A DNA stretch of 63,674 bases, counting the filler, from Licmophora abbreviata (lineage: Eukaryota), in the NCBI GenBank assembly GCA_900291995.1. It is 13 parts of 13 records of this genome, joined end to end, with 100 filler letters (N's around TTAATTAATTAA, not from the genome) between each part and the next. Parts side by side here need not be neighbours in the genome. Positions count along the whole stretch, not along the records: positions 1 to 12,617 come from OLMU01002839.1; 12 more parts are not named here. One strand, written 5' to 3'. Position numbers and translations under genes: made by a program. Of the stretch, positions 1 to 11,488 are shown one piece after another; the stretch's first letter is position 1, and every line of letters starts with the position of its first letter. The notes below the pieces were generated by a model. That model was not told where the DNA came from. It was given only the letters and a program-made list of their open reading frames with translations, and ran no database searches.

Positions 1-471
1 CGATTTCAGATCGTTCAACGCGCCGAAAGCGTCCAGCAAGGCACGGTGCCCCTTGGGGTCCAGAAGACCGCGATCATCGTGCTGGCCGTGCAATTCCACC
101 AAGGTATCCGAAAGACGCCGCAGCACCTCGCCCGAACATCGGCGATCATTGACCCAGGCGGTCTTGCGCCCGTCACTGGTATTGACCCGGCGCAGGATCA
201 ATTGATCCTCTTCTGGCAGGCCCGCATCCAGCAAAACGGCGCGGGCTGGATGATCCTTGGGCAGATCGAATTCTGCCACCACCTCGCCCTGATCGGCTCC
301 CTGACGGACCAGTTCGGCCCTGCCCCGCCAGCCCAAAACAAACCCGAGCGAGTCGAGCAGGATGGATTTTCCCGCACCGGTTTCGCCGGTCAGAACATTC
401 AGACCCGGCTGAAAGGCCAGTTCCAGATGGTCGATGATGAGAATGTCGCGGATATCAAGTGCACGCAGCAT
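1..471 (-). CDS. recN: DNA repair protein RecN, N-terminal part (runs off window)
   Basis: Manual translation of the minus strand from ATG at 471: MLRALDIRDILIIDHLELAFQPGLNVLTGETGAGKSILLDSL...ELHGQHD, with SMC-type Walker A and Q-loop; lies downstream of bamD. Confidence 0.93.
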   Translation of the reverse strand, partial: MLRALDIRDILIIDHLELAFQPGLNVLTGETGAGKSILLDSLGFVLGWRGRAELVRQGADQGEVVAEFDLPKDHPARAVLLDAGLPEEDQLILRRVNTSDGRKTAWVNDRRCSGEVLRRLSDTLVELHGQHDDRGLLDPKGHRALLDAFGALNDLKS

Positions 472-510
472 TGACTATGTCCCGGTGACGCCAACATCTC
501 CGTCGCCGCA

Positions 511-1359
511 TTACAGCCAGCGGCCCTGAATCATCTGGCGATAGATCTGACGAAGCCAGCTGTCGCCGGCGGCTTCCAGCGTCAACCCCTGCCCTGTCAG
601 CAGCGTGTAGCTGTCCTCGTACCATTGAGTGCCGCGGAAATTGTAGCCAAGGATCGCACCGGCTGTGCGCGCCTCGTCCGTGAGGCCAAGCGACAGATAC
701 GCCTCGACCAGGCGGTGGAGCGCCTCGGCCGTGTGACTGGTGGTCTGGAAATCCTCGACCACGACACGGAAGCGATTGATCGCCGCCGAGAAATGATCCC
801 CGCGCAGGTAGTATCGACCGATTTCCATTTCCTTGGCGGCCAGATGATCAAAGGCCAGGTCGAACTTGAGAACTGAAGACTGGGCATATTCGCTATCGGG
901 ATACCGTTCGATGACTTCGCGCAGGGATTGCAACGCCTGGAACGTAAGGCCCTGGTCGCGCCCGACCTCGTCGATCTGGTCATAATAGCTCAGTGCCAGC
1001 AGGTATTGGGCATAGGCCGCGTCTTCATCGGTCGGATAGAAATCGATGAACCGCTGCGCCGAGGCACGGCTGTTTTCATAGTCTTCGGCCTGATGATACG
1101 AGAAAGCCTGCATGATGAGCGCACGCTTGGCCCATTCGGAGTATGGATACAGACGCTCGACCTCGCCGAATACCTCGGCCGCAAGGTCGGGATCGTTTCT
1201 CGAGAGATCATATTCCGCGCGTTCGAATATCTGTTCCGCGGTGAAGTTCTCGAAATCGACCTCGCCCCGTTCGACGCGTGAATTCTCGCTGCACCCTGCG
1301 AGACCAAGGCCAACGACGATTGCACCGACCAGTGTTGCCCGGGACTTGCCGATTGTCAT
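511..1359 (-). CDS. bamD: Outer membrane assembly lipoprotein BamD (ComL)
   Basis: Lipobox LAGC, TPR-like helices, YPYSEWA and RDQGLTFQAL motifs; lpxC-bamD-recN synteny; start chosen at ATG 1359. Confidence 0.93.
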   Translation of the reverse strand: MTIGKSRATLVGAIVVGLGLAGCSENSRVERGEVDFENFTAEQIFERAEYDLSRNDPDLAAEVFGEVERLYPYSEWAKRALIMQAFSYHQAEDYENSRASAQRFIDFYPTDEDAAYAQYLLALSYYDQIDEVGRDQGLTFQALQSLREVIERYPDSEYAQSSVLKFDLAFDHLAAKEMEIGRYYLRGDHFSAAINRFRVVVEDFQTTSHTAEALHRLVEAYLSLGLTDEARTAGAILGYNFRGTQWYEDSYTLLTGQGLTLEAAGDSWLRQIYRQMIQGRWL

Positions 1360-1467
1360 GCTGGAACTCACCTATCTTGCGCGATTTCGGACCGAAACCC
1401 TATCTATCTCGTCTGGTCCTAGCACATAAATTTCCGGTGCAAAACGTCTTTGGGCGTTTTTTGGACG

Positions 1468-2400
1468 TCAGGCGACTGCGGGAATTTCACCCCAATGGAC
1501 GCCCACTCCGGGCAAGCGCGCAGCCGTGGTCTCGTCACACAGAAGCGTCTCGAAGGTGCGGGGACGGGAGAAGAGTTCACACAGAAGATCATTCGTCAGC
1601 GCGTGACCGGCGCGGAAGCCGTGATAATGCCCAAGGATCGGCATACCGGCCAGACCAAGATCGCCCACCGCGTCAAGCATCTTGTGGCGCACGGCCTCGT
1701 CGTCGTGACGCAGACCACCCGGGCTGAGAACGCGCGCGCCGTCCACGACGACCGCGTTTTCAAGCGTTCCGCCAAGCGCCAGACCGTTCGACCGCATCAT
1801 GTCAACATCTGCCTTGCGGCAAAAGGTGCGACTCGTGCTGAGCTCGCGGACGAAACTGCCATTCGACATGTTCAGGGTTTTCTTCTGACTGCCGATGGCG
1901 GCATCCTCGAACTCGATATCGAACTCGATCATGAGGCTGTCATGCGGCGTCAGACGCGCCCATGCCTGCCCGCGCCGCACCTCCACCGTCTCAAGCACCC
2001 TCAGGGCATGGACGGGCGTACCGAGATGCTGGACGCCGCGCGACAGGATGCCCCGAACGAAAGCGGCGGAACTTCCATCGAGGATCGGAATTTCCGGACC
2101 GTCGATTTCGACGATGGCGTTATGGATTCCGCAACCGATCAGAGCTGCCATGATATGTTCGACCGTCGAGACGGTCGCACCAAAGCGGTTTTCCAGCAAG
2201 GTACAGAGCGGCGACTGACGGACATTGCTCCAAAGCGCAGGGATCATCGCATGATCCGGCACCATGTCGCTCCGGCGAAAGGCGATCCCGTTCCCCGCTG
2301 CAGCCGGCAGGATCGTCGCACGAGCAGGCTTGCCGGAGTGCAGGCCGACGCCTTCGAACGAAACTGGTGTCTTGATCGTTGTCTGCAAGATGTCCCTCAT
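1468..2400 (-). CDS. lpxC: UDP-3-O-acyl-N-acetylglucosamine deacetylase
   Basis: GVGLHSG, TVEHIMAAL and RHKMLDAVGDL zinc-binding motifs. Confidence 0.97.
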   Translation of the reverse strand: MRDILQTTIKTPVSFEGVGLHSGKPARATILPAAAGNGIAFRRSDMVPDHAMIPALWSNVRQSPLCTLLENRFGATVSTVEHIMAALIGCGIHNAIVEIDGPEIPILDGSSAAFVRGILSRGVQHLGTPVHALRVLETVEVRRGQAWARLTPHDSLMIEFDIEFEDAAIGSQKKTLNMSNGSFVRELSTSRTFCRKADVDMMRSNGLALGGTLENAVVVDGARVLSPGGLRHDDEAVRHKMLDAVGDLGLAGMPILGHYHGFRAGHALTNDLLCELFSRPRTFETLLCDETTAARLPGVGVHWGEIPAVA

Positions 2401-2561
2401 GTGGTCAACGGACCACGCCTTTAATGATTAACGAGGGGTTTAAATCCCTGAAACCCAAGGCTCAACTCAATCTTTGCAACGTGTTGAAACATCTTCCGTG
2501 ATGCGTTGGCGAATTCTTGCCCAAATCAAAATCGACACCTGCAAATGGCTGATTTCAAAAC

Positions 2562-2590
2562 AAAAAGAGCCGCCAAATGGCAGCTCTTTT
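2562..2590 (-). terminator. Rho-independent terminator after ftsZ
   Basis: On the minus strand GAGCTGCCA-TT-TGGCGGCTC followed by TTTTTGTTTT; A/T tracts on both sides. Confidence 0.7.
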
Positions 2591-2609
2591 CTCTCTCTTT
2601 TTGGCCGGA

Positions 2610-4244
2610 TCAGTTGGCTTGACGCCGCAGGAATGCCGGAATCTCGATCTGCTCGTCGTCTTCGCTGCGCGGTTCCGGAGCAACTTGCCGGGTTTGCGGT
2701 GCCTGCACCGTCGGCTGTTGGCGCGCTGTGCGCGTGGCGTCAGGCTCGCCATGTCCGGTCATCCGGTTGATCAGCGAGTTGATACCGAAGCGCGGCCGCG
2801 GATCATGGCTCTGATCTTGCGGGGCGGCAGGCTGTGGCTGACGTTCGCGCGCTTCAGGCGCTTTGCTCACCGCAGCTTGCAGACGGGCCATTGCCTCGGG
2901 CGTAGGGGTGCCCGGCGCCGGACGTGCCGGTGAGGGCGCAATGAACTCTTCACGGTCAGATGCTCTTTGCGCGTGATGCGCTGCCGGATCAAACTCTTCA
3001 AACCGCGGCGCATAGGCCGGCGGAGGCAAATCATCGTCCTCGTACCGGGCGGCCGTCTGCTCTTCGAAGATGTCTTCCATCTGCTCTTCGGCAGCAGCGC
3101 GCTGTGCGTCAAGATCGTCATCCTGGAACAGACTGGGTTCAGGTTCGGCACGATGCGCGGCAACGTGGGTTTCCTCGTATTCGCCGGCCATGTCCTCTTC
3201 ATGATCCTGATGTACGGCCGGGCGCAGCGGCGCAGCCATCGACCGGCGCGGCATCGGCGGGTCCATACGATCGGACTGTGCATCGATCCCGGTTGCCACA
3301 ACGCTGACCCGCATCGTGCCTTCCATGCTGGTGTCGAGGGTAGAGCCCACGATGATGTTGGCGTCCGGGTCCACTTCCTCGCGGATGCGGTTCGCTGCTT
3401 CGTCCAGTTCGAACAGCGTCAGGTCATGGCCGCCCGTGATGTTGATAAGGACGCCCTTCGCGCCCCGCAGGCTGATTTCGTCGAGCAGCGGGTTCGCGAT
3501 AGCCTTCTCGGCGGCCTGGATCGCGCGATCCTCGCCCGAATCCTCGCCCGTGCCCATCATCGCCTTGCCCATCTCGTCCATGACGGCGCGCACATCAGCG
3601 AAATCGAGGTTGATAAGGCCCGGCCGCACCATCAGATCGGTCACACCCTTGACGCCCTGGTACAGAACGTCGTCCGCCATCGAGAAGGCATCGGTAAAGG
3701 TGGTCTTTTCGTTGGCCAGACGGAACAGGTTCTGGTTAGGGATGATGATCAGGGTATCGACCATCTTCTGCAGCGCTTCCACGCCTTCCTCGGCCTGGCG
3801 CATCCGCTTCGCGCCCTCGAATTGAAACGGCTTGGTCACGACACCAACGGTCAACACGCCAAGTTCGCGTGCGGCCTGCGCGATGATCGGCGCGGCGCCG
3901 GTGCCGGTGCCGCCTCCCATGCCTGCGGTGATGAAGCACATATGCGCGCCAGCCAGATGGTCGACGATCTGTTCGATGTTCTCTTCGGCGGCCGCGGCGC
4001 CGACGGACGCCTTGGCGCCCGCGCCAAGCCCCTCGGTCACCTTGACACCCAGCTGGATGCGATGCTCGGCATTGCTCTGCTGCAAGGCCTGCGCGTCGGT
4101 GTTGGCCACAACGAAGTCAACCCCGTCCAGCTGCTTTTCGATCATGTTGTTGACCGCGTTACCACCCGCGCCACCGACACCGAACACGGTGATGCGGGGT
4201 TTCAGTTCCTGATCCTGTCCTGGCATCGTGAGGTTCAAAGTCAT
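2610..4244 (-). CDS. ftsZ: Cell division protein FtsZ (long alphaproteobacterial linker)
   Basis: GGGTGTG tubulin signature, NLDFADV, C-terminal [12 protein letters not shown]. Confidence 0.99.
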   Translation of the reverse strand: MTLNLTMPGQDQELKPRITVFGVGGAGGNAVNNMIEKQLDGVDFVVANTDAQALQQSNAEHRIQLGVKVTEGLGAGAKASVGAAAAEENIEQIVDHLAGAHMCFITAGMGGGTGTGAAPIIAQAARELGVLTVGVVTKPFQFEGAKRMRQAEEGVEALQKMVDTLIIIPNQNLFRLANEKTTFTDAFSMADDVLYQGVKGVTDLMVRPGLINLDFADVRAVMDEMGKAMMGTGEDSGEDRAIQAAEKAIANPLLDEISLRGAKGVLINITGGHDLTLFELDEAANRIREEVDPDANIIVGSTLDTSMEGTMRVSVVATGIDAQSDRMDPPMPRRSMAAPLRPAVHQDHEEDMAGEYEETHVAAHRAEPEPSLFQDDDLDAQRAAAEEQMEDIFEEQTAARYEDDDLPPPAYAPRFEEFDPAAHHAQRASDREEFIAPSPARPAPGTPTPEAMARLQAAVSKAPEARERQPQPAAPQDQSHDPRPRFGINSLINRMTGHGEPDATRTARQQPTVQAPQTRQVAPEPRSEDDEQIEIPAFLRRQAN

Positions 4245-4427
4245 TGCTCTATCATCCGCCTGCTGTTGCGCCTGCCTCTGCCAGACAGGCCGTTTTTCCG
4301 CCTAATCACGACCATTCTTACCGATGGTTGCCCCTTGCGTCACCCAAAAAACAACGAAATGATACAAAATATGGGCATATTTTTGTCCCTGCACGCGGGA
4401 TTTCGCCGATATGACCACATATTGCGT

Positions 4428-5762
4428 TCACCAGTTGTCCTTGAACCATTTGACGGCCCGCTTCAAAGAGCGGGCGGGGTAGCGATCGACGGGAATCTCG
4501 AAGTCCCACCATTCATCCTGTGGATTGGCCGCGAACAGGCACATGCCCACGGCGCTGGAAAAGCCCGGCCCGGTGGCGGCCTGCGGCAGGCCATGCACCC
4601 GCAAGGGTCGACCCAGCCGGACCTGATGGCCGAGGATCTTGCTGGCCAGACCATCGAGACCCGGGATCTGGCTGCCGCCGCCTGTCAACACGATCTGCTG
4701 GCTCGGCAGATGGTCGAACCCCGCGGCATCGAGGCGGGCGCGCACCTCCTCGAGAATTTCCTCGACACGAGGACGCATGATGCCAATCAGTTCGGCGCGG
4801 CTCACGGTGCGGCGATCATGTTCCCAATCGCCGGTCTCGCCGCCGATCTCGATCATTTCGCGGTCATCCATGCCGGTTGCGACAACGCCGCCATAAAAGG
4901 TCTTGATCCGTTCCGCGGTGGCCTGCGGCACCTGCAGACCCATGGAGATGTCTCCAGTGACGTGATCGCCGCCCATGCGGACACTGTCGGCGAAGATCAT
5001 GTGTTTCTTGATGAAGATCGACACGCCGGCGGTGCCGCCGCCCAGATCGATGCAGGCGGCCCCAAGCTCCTGCTCGTCCTCGACCAGCGCCGAGATGCCA
5101 CTGACATAGGCCGAGCTGGCCAGCCCCGCCAATTCTAGGTCACAGCGTTTGACACAATGGGCGATGTTCTGAATGGCCGCGCCCTCGACCGTCAGCATAT
5201 GCATATCCGTGGACAGCGTCTGCCCCATCTGACCGCGCGGGTCGGCCAGACCCGAGCGATGATCCAGTGCGAAATTCACTGGCTGGGCATGAAGAACCTC
5301 ACGCCCATCTCCGTAATCGGGCACATCACAGGCGCTGAGCACACGGCCGATATCCTGTTCGGTGACGGTATGCCCCTCCAGATCGACAGACCCCGCCAGC
5401 CCGTAAGAGCGCGGACCCGCGCCAGAAAAACAGGCGATCACGTGGTCGACACGGATATTCGCCATCTTCTGTGCCGCCTGAATGGCGGTGCGGATCGCGC
5501 GCTCGGTCTCGACCATCGCGGTGATCTCGCCAAAGCGCACGCCGCGCGACCGCGTCGTTGCAGCACCGATCACCCGAAAACCGGCCTGCCCTGCCATCGC
5601 GCCGATGCCGTCGCTTTCGGTCAATCGCTCGGTTCCGTCAAAGCGCAAAACCAGACATGCAATCTTGGATGTGCCCACGTCCAGAACTGCGACCACGCCA
5701 CGCTGCATGGCCGCCTTTCGCATGTTCCGCATCGCCCGTTGGGTTTCGTAGAGCTCGATCAT
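4428..5762 (-). CDS. ftsA: Cell division protein FtsA
   Basis: LDVGTSK, IDLGGGT, VLTGGGS actin-like motifs; C-terminal amphipathic WFKDNW. Confidence 0.98.
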   Translation of the reverse strand: MIELYETQRAMRNMRKAAMQRGVVAVLDVGTSKIACLVLRFDGTERLTESDGIGAMAGQAGFRVIGAATTRSRGVRFGEITAMVETERAIRTAIQAAQKMANIRVDHVIACFSGAGPRSYGLAGSVDLEGHTVTEQDIGRVLSACDVPDYGDGREVLHAQPVNFALDHRSGLADPRGQMGQTLSTDMHMLTVEGAAIQNIAHCVKRCDLELAGLASSAYVSGISALVEDEQELGAACIDLGGGTAGVSIFIKKHMIFADSVRMGGDHVTGDISMGLQVPQATAERIKTFYGGVVATGMDDREMIEIGGETGDWEHDRRTVSRAELIGIMRPRVEEILEEVRARLDAAGFDHLPSQQIVLTGGGSQIPGLDGLASKILGHQVRLGRPLRVHGLPQAATGPGFSSAVGMCLFAANPQDEWWDFEIPVDRYPARSLKRAVKWFKDNW

Positions 5763-5766
5763 CTTT

Positions 5767-6633
5767 TTATTGTGTCCCGATTGTCATTTTCGTCACGCGC
5801 CACCAGTCCTCGACAGCGCGGGGTGTCATCCGGATCGTCGGGCGCCCCGACAGGCGCAGGTCCACTGCCACCAGATCGCGCGCCAACATGTCGTGCACGT
5901 CATTCAGCACCAGCACGCGTTCAAGGGCTTGCACCGGGTTGGTTTCCGGCAGAAGAATGCGCTGATCGCGGTCCAGCACCAGATCCCACCGGCGCTCTCC
6001 CATGCGCACCAGCCCGCGCACGCGCGCTTCGAGCGGGGCTGCCGCGCGCAAGATCTCCAACGCCTCGGCGACCCGCTTGTCGGCACTGTCGCCCGCAATC
6101 AAGGGAAGGTCCGGCCGGTCGGCACGCGATGCCGGCTCACTGACCGCGATGCCCTCGATATCCAGAGCTCCAAGACCTTCGCGGGTGCGCCACAGGACGA
6201 CCGGCTGGCGCTCGACGATCTCGGCCATGAGAACGCCGCCCTGCCGGATCCGCAGATCCACCTTCGCGACGCCGGGCAGTCCTTCGATCATCTCGCGGAC
6301 ATGCTCGAGATCAAGATCGAAAGAACTTGCCGGCAGATCATAGGGAAAAATCTCGCGGATATCCGTCTCAACGCCTTCGCTCGCCCCCTCGACGGCGAGC
6401 AGGTCAACCATGAATTCAGGTCGCGTTTCGATCTGATCGCGCAGATCGGCCAGGTGCAACGCGATCGCCTCGCGCCGTGTCTCGTCCGAAAAATACGCAA
6501 ACGCCACCGCCGCCATGACGGTCACCGGCACGCCGATGCGCAACAGCCGGCGCAGTCCGGGCGTCAGCATCAGGCGCTGAAGCCTGTAAGACCAGCGCGA
6601 TGGCGCGGGATCGGGCCGGATCACCTGTTGCAT
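5767..6633 (-). CDS. ftsQ: Cell division protein FtsQ
   Basis: Single TM plus POTRA-like region, ERRWDL and VDLR motifs; between ddl and ftsA. Confidence 0.93.
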   Translation of the reverse strand: MQQVIRPDPAPSRWSYRLQRLMLTPGLRRLLRIGVPVTVMAAVAFAYFSDETRREAIALHLADLRDQIETRPEFMVDLLAVEGASEGVETDIREIFPYDLPASSFDLDLEHVREMIEGLPGVAKVDLRIRQGGVLMAEIVERQPVVLWRTREGLGALDIEGIAVSEPASRADRPDLPLIAGDSADKRVAEALEILRAAAPLEARVRGLVRMGERRWDLVLDRDQRILLPETNPVQALERVLVLNDVHDMLARDLVAVDLRLSGRPTIRMTPRAVEDWWRVTKMTIGTQ

Positions 6634-7544
6634 GAGGCATCCTCCACCATCCAGCGGCACAGATCGGGAAACGAAATGCCCATGACCTTGGCCTGTTCGG
6701 GGCTAAGAGAGGTCGGCGTCATCCCCGGCTGGGTGTTGGTTTCGAGAAGAACGAGCCCCTCAAGACCACGCGCTTCATCCCAGCGGAAATCCGTCCGGCT
6801 CAGCCCACGGCACCCAAGCACCCGGTGGGCACGCAGGGCATAGTCCATGCAGGCATCGAATATATCGGCCGGAATATCGGCAGGCACCACGTGACGCGAG
6901 CCGCCGAGCGTGTATTTGGCATCATAATCGTACCAGCCATCGGTCAGGATATCGGTGACGGTCAAAGCCTTGTCGCCCATCACCGTCGCGGTCAGTTCAC
7001 GCCCCGGCGCGAAGGCCTCGACCATCACCTGCTCGGGCATGTCGTCAGACAGATCAGGCGGCGCACTGGCGGCGTCCTGCACCAGATAGACACCCACGGA
7101 AGAGCCTTCGTTGTTGGGCTTGACCACATAGGGCGGCGCGATGACATGCGCGCGGCGCACATCATCGCGCCGGGCCAGAATGCTGTGCACCACCGGAAGC
7201 CCCTCGGCGCGGTAGATATCCTTGGTCTTCTGCTTGTCCATCGCCAATGCCGAGGCCAGAACCCCGGAATGCGTATAGGGCAGCCCCATCCATTCCAGCA
7301 GTCCCTGCACGCAGCCATCCTCACCCCATCGACCATGCAGGGCGTTGAACACGACATCGGGAGAGATTTCGGAAAGCCGAAGATACAGGTCAGGCCCGGC
7401 ATCCACCTCGACCACCTGATATCCAGCTTCCCGCAATGCGGCGGCGCATTCATGTCCTGTCGACAGAGAAACCTCGCGCTCCGCCGAAGGGCCACCCATT
7501 ATCACCGCTACAGTCGGGGATTTTCTGCTCGAAAGTCCCAACAT
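6621..7544 (-). CDS. ddl: D-alanine--D-alanine ligase
   Basis: [29 protein letters not shown] motifs. Confidence 0.98.
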   Translation of the reverse strand: MLGLSSRKSPTVAVIMGGPSAEREVSLSTGHECAAALREAGYQVVEVDAGPDLYLRLSEISPDVVFNALHGRWGEDGCVQGLLEWMGLPYTHSGVLASALAMDKQKTKDIYRAEGLPVVHSILARRDDVRRAHVIAPPYVVKPNNEGSSVGVYLVQDAASAPPDLSDDMPEQVMVEAFAPGRELTATVMGDKALTVTDILTDGWYDYDAKYTLGGSRHVVPADIPADIFDACMDYALRAHRVLGCRGLSRTDFRWDEARGLEGLVLLETNTQPGMTPTSLSPEQAKVMGISFPDLCRWMVEDASCNR

Positions 7545-7604
7545 GTGCCTCAAAGTCCCGGATCGTTCGCCGATCCACTTATTCTTGTTTCGCCTGCCTT
7601 GGCG

Positions 7605-8525
7605 TCATGGGGCAGTTTCGCCTACCCTCATGATTTCCCAATGTAACTCTATTCCACTGTTTTGGAAAACCCTTTTTCGCACCTCTTCGCCCAAACCTTC
7701 GAGATCGGCGGCGGTGGCATTTCCGGTGTTCACGAGAAAGTTGGAATGCATCTCGCTCATCTGCGCGCCGCCCCGTCGGGCACCACGCATCCCGGCATCA
7801 TCGATCACCTTCCAGGCCTTGAAATCATGCACGTCATCGGCCCGCCCCGTGCTCGAGTGTCCCGAGGGGTTGCGGAAGGTGCTGCCCGCCGTCCTGTCCT
7901 TGGTGGGCTGGGTCGCATCGCGTTTCGCCAGCTGCTCATCCATGCGCGCTTCAAGCTCGGCGGGATCGCCGGAGGGCGCCTCGAAGGTTGCCTCGACAAG
8001 CACCCAGCCATCCGGCAGTTCGGTGTGGCGGTAATCGAAATTCAGGTCTTCGGCCTGCAGCGTGACGATTTGGCCGTCGCGGGTAACGGCACGGGCCGAT
8101 ACGAAGCGATCGGCGGTGTAGGTGCCATAGCAGCCCGCATTCATCCGCACCGCTCCGCCGATGGACCCCGGAATGGTACGCAAAAAGGTCAGGTCCCGCC
8201 CGGCTTGAGCGGCCTTGCGGGCGACATGCGCATCCAGAGCCGCGGCCCCTGCCGTGACGCGGGATCCGTCGATATCGATCTGATTGAAGCCCCGGCCCAG
8301 CCGGATCACCACGGCGCGCAACCCGCCATCGCGCACGATCAGGTTGCTGCCGACGCCCATCGGAAAAACCGAGACGTCCCTGTCAAGGGTGGCGAGGAAG
8401 CCTGCAAGGTCGTCGATATCGGCAGGCTGGAACAACCAGTCGGCAGGACCGCCAACGCGCAGCCAGGTCAGATCGGACAATGACCGGTTTTCGGTCAGCT
8501 TGCCTCGCGTTTCAGGCATATGCAT
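7605..8525 (-). CDS. murB: UDP-N-acetylenolpyruvoylglucosamine reductase
   Basis: [32 protein letters not shown] motifs. Confidence 0.98.
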   Translation of the reverse strand: MHMPETRGKLTENRSLSDLTWLRVGGPADWLFQPADIDDLAGFLATLDRDVSVFPMGVGSNLIVRDGGLRAVVIRLGRGFNQIDIDGSRVTAGAAALDAHVARKAAQAGRDLTFLRTIPGSIGGAVRMNAGCYGTYTADRFVSARAVTRDGQIVTLQAEDLNFDYRHTELPDGWVLVEATFEAPSGDPAELEARMDEQLAKRDATQPTKDRTAGSTFRNPSGHSSTGRADDVHDFKAWKVIDDAGMRGARRGGAQMSEMHSNFLVNTGNATAADLEGLGEEVRKRVFQNSGIELHWEIMRVGETAP

Positions 8526-8529
8526 CGCG

Positions 8530-8784
8530 TCATCTCACCTTAACAAAGCGCAGCAGCCAGCGTCCCAGATAGATGACCGGCCAGCGCAGCACGCTCATCC
8601 CCGCAGCCAGCACCGCCAGCCCCCACCATGGACCGTTCTGATACGTCACGTAGCCCAGAAGGGGAACCCCGATCACCACCAGAAACGCGGCCCGTCGCCA
8701 GTGATTGTTCCGGCTCGGGATCATGGCCAGCACATTGGCAAGGATCGCCCACAGACAGGCGAGGATCAGCGACAGGTTCATCAT
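8530..8784 (-). CDS. Small membrane protein, DUF2484-like
   Basis: 84-aa hydrophobic protein ending SVLRWPV; its position before murB is typical of Rhodobacteraceae dcw clusters. Confidence 0.75.
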   Translation of the reverse strand: MMNLSLILACLWAILANVLAMIPSRNNHWRRAAFLVVIGVPLLGYVTYQNGPWWGLAVLAAGMSVLRWPVIYLGRWLLRFVKVR

Positions 8785-9980
8785 CCGGCCACTCCGAAGC
8801 TGACTGCAAGCGCGGCCAGAGACCCCAGAAGCCCCAGCACCGGCACCGCCATGGGCACCCGGAACGGCGCATGAGGATCGCTCCTCTTGACGGCGATCAG
8901 CGCGCCATTGACCAGCACAAAGACCGATAAAAGAATGGCAGATGTCGCTTCGGCAAGATTCGCGATCGGCAAGAGCACCGCCATGCCGATCACCAGCCCC
9001 CCGATCACCGAGGTCGCCAGAACCGGCGTTCCGAAGCGCGGATGCGCGTGATGGAAAACCGCAAGCCAGGTGGTGCGCTTGCCCACACCGAAAAGAACCC
9101 GGCTGGCCATCACGATCTGGGCAAGAATGCCGTTCATCGCCGCCGCCACCGCGATGATCGACAGAAAACCGGCCCCACCGCCCTGCCCGTGGCTCCAGAC
9201 CAGTGCCAGCGGCTGTTCACTGCGCGCCAGCATGTCCTGCGGCACGACCCGCACCGCAGCCCACGAGACCAGCATGTACAGCAGGCTGGTGATCACCAGC
9301 GCCAGAAGGATCGCACGCGGCATCGTGTGCGTCGGATCGCGCACCTCTTCGGCCATGTTGACGATATCCTCGAAGCCGATGAAGGCGAAAAACGCCAGCA
9401 CCGCCGCCGAGGCCACACCCGACCACACGATGGCCGGCGGCATGCTGTAATCGGCCACAGGCTCTCCGCTGGCGCCAGCCCAGACAACCAGCGCAAGGCC
9501 TGCCACCTCGATCACGGTGAACACTGCGGCAACGGTCAAGCTTTCCAGCACTCCGGCAATGGCCACGCCGACGAGCAAAAGACCGATAACAACCGCCGTC
9601 GCGTTGAAAGGCAGATCCACCACCGATGTGAGATACCCCGTGCCGCCGCGCAGCACGGCCGCTGCCGACACGGTTCCCGCAGCCACCACCGCAAGCCCCA
9701 CCACATTGGCCAGCCAAGGGCGGCGCAGGCCCTTGGCCACGAAAATCGCCTCGCCCGCCGCTTCCGGAAGACGGGTCGAGAACTCGGCATAACTCAGCGC
9801 CGAAGGCGCCGCGATAAGACCCGCGATCAGAAAGGAAAGAGGCGCCCAGATACCCGCCTCGGCGGCAACAGCGCCCACAAGGACATAGATGCCGGCGCCC
9901 ACCATGACGCCCACGCCGTAAGCGGTCAGCAGGCCAAGCCCGATACGTCGCTTGAGGTCTTCAGCCATTGCAGCACCCAT
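8781..9980 (-). CDS. APC-family amino acid permease
   Basis: GVMVGAGIY (TM1), YAEFSTRLPEAAGE and FAFIGFE motifs; multiple TM helices; start uncertain (9980 or 9968). Confidence 0.9.
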   Translation of the reverse strand: MGAAMAEDLKRRIGLGLLTAYGVGVMVGAGIYVLVGAVAAEAGIWAPLSFLIAGLIAAPSALSYAEFSTRLPEAAGEAIFVAKGLRRPWLANVVGLAVVAAGTVSAAAVLRGGTGYLTSVVDLPFNATAVVIGLLLVGVAIAGVLESLTVAAVFTVIEVAGLALVVWAGASGEPVADYSMPPAIVWSGVASAAVLAFFAFIGFEDIVNMAEEVRDPTHTMPRAILLALVITSLLYMLVSWAAVRVVPQDMLARSEQPLALVWSHGQGGGAGFLSIIAVAAAMNGILAQIVMASRVLFGVGKRTTWLAVFHHAHPRFGTPVLATSVIGGLVIGMAVLLPIANLAEATSAILLSVFVLVNGALIAVKRSDPHAPFRVPMAVPVLGLLGSLAALAVSFGVAG

Positions 9981-10058
9981 GATCCATCCGCCACCCGGCC
10001 CGGAACACACGACCAACACGCATCAGGTAGCATGACGACCCCGGCAGCGCCAGCGGGC

Positions 10059-11459
10059 TCAAGCCGACTGCAAGCGCTCCGGCAGGCTGTTGGCCCATGC
10101 GCTTATAGTGCCCGCACCCAGACAGACGACCATGTCGCCGGGACGCGCCTGTTCGCGCACCAGTTGCACGAGATCATCCAGATCGTTGAACGCCCGTGCA
10201 TGGCGATGACCCGCCCGAATAAGCCCCGCAACCAGATCGTCGCGCGTGGCACCATCGATCGGATCCTCGCCGGCGGCAAACACCTCGGCGATAGCGACGA
10301 CATCGGCTTCGTTGAAACAGGTGCAGAACTCGGCGAAATGATGGTGCAGCCGGGAATATCTGTGCGGCTGGTGCACCGCGATCACGCGCCCCTCGCAGGC
10401 CTGGCGCGCAGCTTTGAGCACGGCGGCGATCTCGGTCGGGTGATGGCCGTAATCGTCGATGATGGTCACGCCGTTCACCTCGCCCACGCGGGTGAAGCGC
10501 CGGTTGACGCCACCGAACGCGGCCAGCGCCTCACGGATCTCCGAGCGTTTCATGCCAAGATGCCGCGCCACCGCCACCGCCGACAGCGCGTTGCTGACAT
10601 TGTGATCGCCCGGCATCGGCAGGGTGCAGCCTTCGATCATCGTGCCTTCGGCCTGCAGCGCCACGTCGAAATGCGCCACGCCCTTTTCATACCTCAGGTT
10701 GACCGCGCGAATATCGGCCTGTGTGTTGAACCCATAGGTCACCACACGCCTGTCGGTCAGCTTGGCCACCAGCGCTTGCACGTCCGGATCGTCGGTGCAG
10801 CAGACCGCCAGCCCGTAGAAGGGGATATTGCTGACGAACTCGTAAAAGCCGCGATGCAGGTTTTCCTCGGTGCCCCAGTGATCCATGTGTTCCGGGTCGA
10901 TATTGGTCACGATGGCGATGGTCGCCGGCAGACGGTTGAACGTGCCGTCGCTTTCATCGGCCTCGACCACCATCCATTCGCCCTGCCCCACGCGCGCATT
11001 GCTGCCATAGGCATGGATGATGCCGCCATTGACGACCGTGGGATCGAATTTGCCGCGATCCAGAAGCGCCGCGACCATCGTGGTGGTGGTGGTCTTGCCA
11101 TGGGTTCCGGCCACAGCAACATTGGATTTCAGGCGCATCAGCTCGGCCAGCATCTCGGCGCGGCGCACCACCGGCAACCCGCGCCTGCGCGCCTCGTCCA
11201 GCTCGGGATTGCCCGGCTTGATCGCCGATGAGATCACGACCACCTGAGCGTCCTCGAGATTTTCGGCCCGCTGCCCTTCGAAGACCAGCGCCCCCATCTC
11301 CGCCAGCCTGCCGGTGATCGGCGAGGATTTCAGATCCGAGCCCTGCACCGTGTAGCCGTGGTTCAGCAGCACCTCGGCAATGCCGGACATGCCGATGCCG
11401 CCGATGCCCACGAAATGTATCGGGCCCACATCTCCCGGCAGCTTGGTCGCCGCATTCAT
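10059..11459 (-). CDS. murC: UDP-N-acetylmuramate--L-alanine ligase
   Basis: [40 protein letters not shown] before ATG 11459. Confidence 0.98.
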   Translation of the reverse strand: MNAATKLPGDVGPIHFVGIGGIGMSGIAEVLLNHGYTVQGSDLKSSPITGRLAEMGALVFEGQRAENLEDAQVVVISSAIKPGNPELDEARRRGLPVVRRAEMLAELMRLKSNVAVAGTHGKTTTTTMVAALLDRGKFDPTVVNGGIIHAYGSNARVGQGEWMVVEADESDGTFNRLPATIAIVTNIDPEHMDHWGTEENLHRGFYEFVSNIPFYGLAVCCTDDPDVQALVAKLTDRRVVTYGFNTQADIRAVNLRYEKGVAHFDVALQAEGTMIEGCTLPMPGDHNVSNALSAVAVARHLGMKRSEIREALAAFGGVNRRFTRVGEVNGVTIIDDYGHHPTEIAAVLKAARQACEGRVIAVHQPHRYSRLHHHFAEFCTCFNEADVVAIAEVFAAGEDPIDGATRDDLVAGLIRAGHRHARAFNDLDDLVQLVREQARPGDMVVCLGAGTISAWANSLPERLQSA

Positions 11460-11488
11460 CACCTTGTCTCCTTCGGCACGGAAATCTT

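Noticed and set aside
2421..2443. CtrA-like site upstream of lpxC
   Set aside because: TTAA-N7-TTTA is only a 7/8 match (exact TTAA pairs are spaced N3 and N8) in an AT-rich promoter; cannot be distinguished from chance
2967..5138. Long antisense ORFs (e.g. 723 aa here; also 9042-11231, 36552-38540, 53627-55525, 29234-30751)
   Set aside because: Shadow ORFs opposite well-conserved genes, expected from high-GC codon bias; no recognisable motifs
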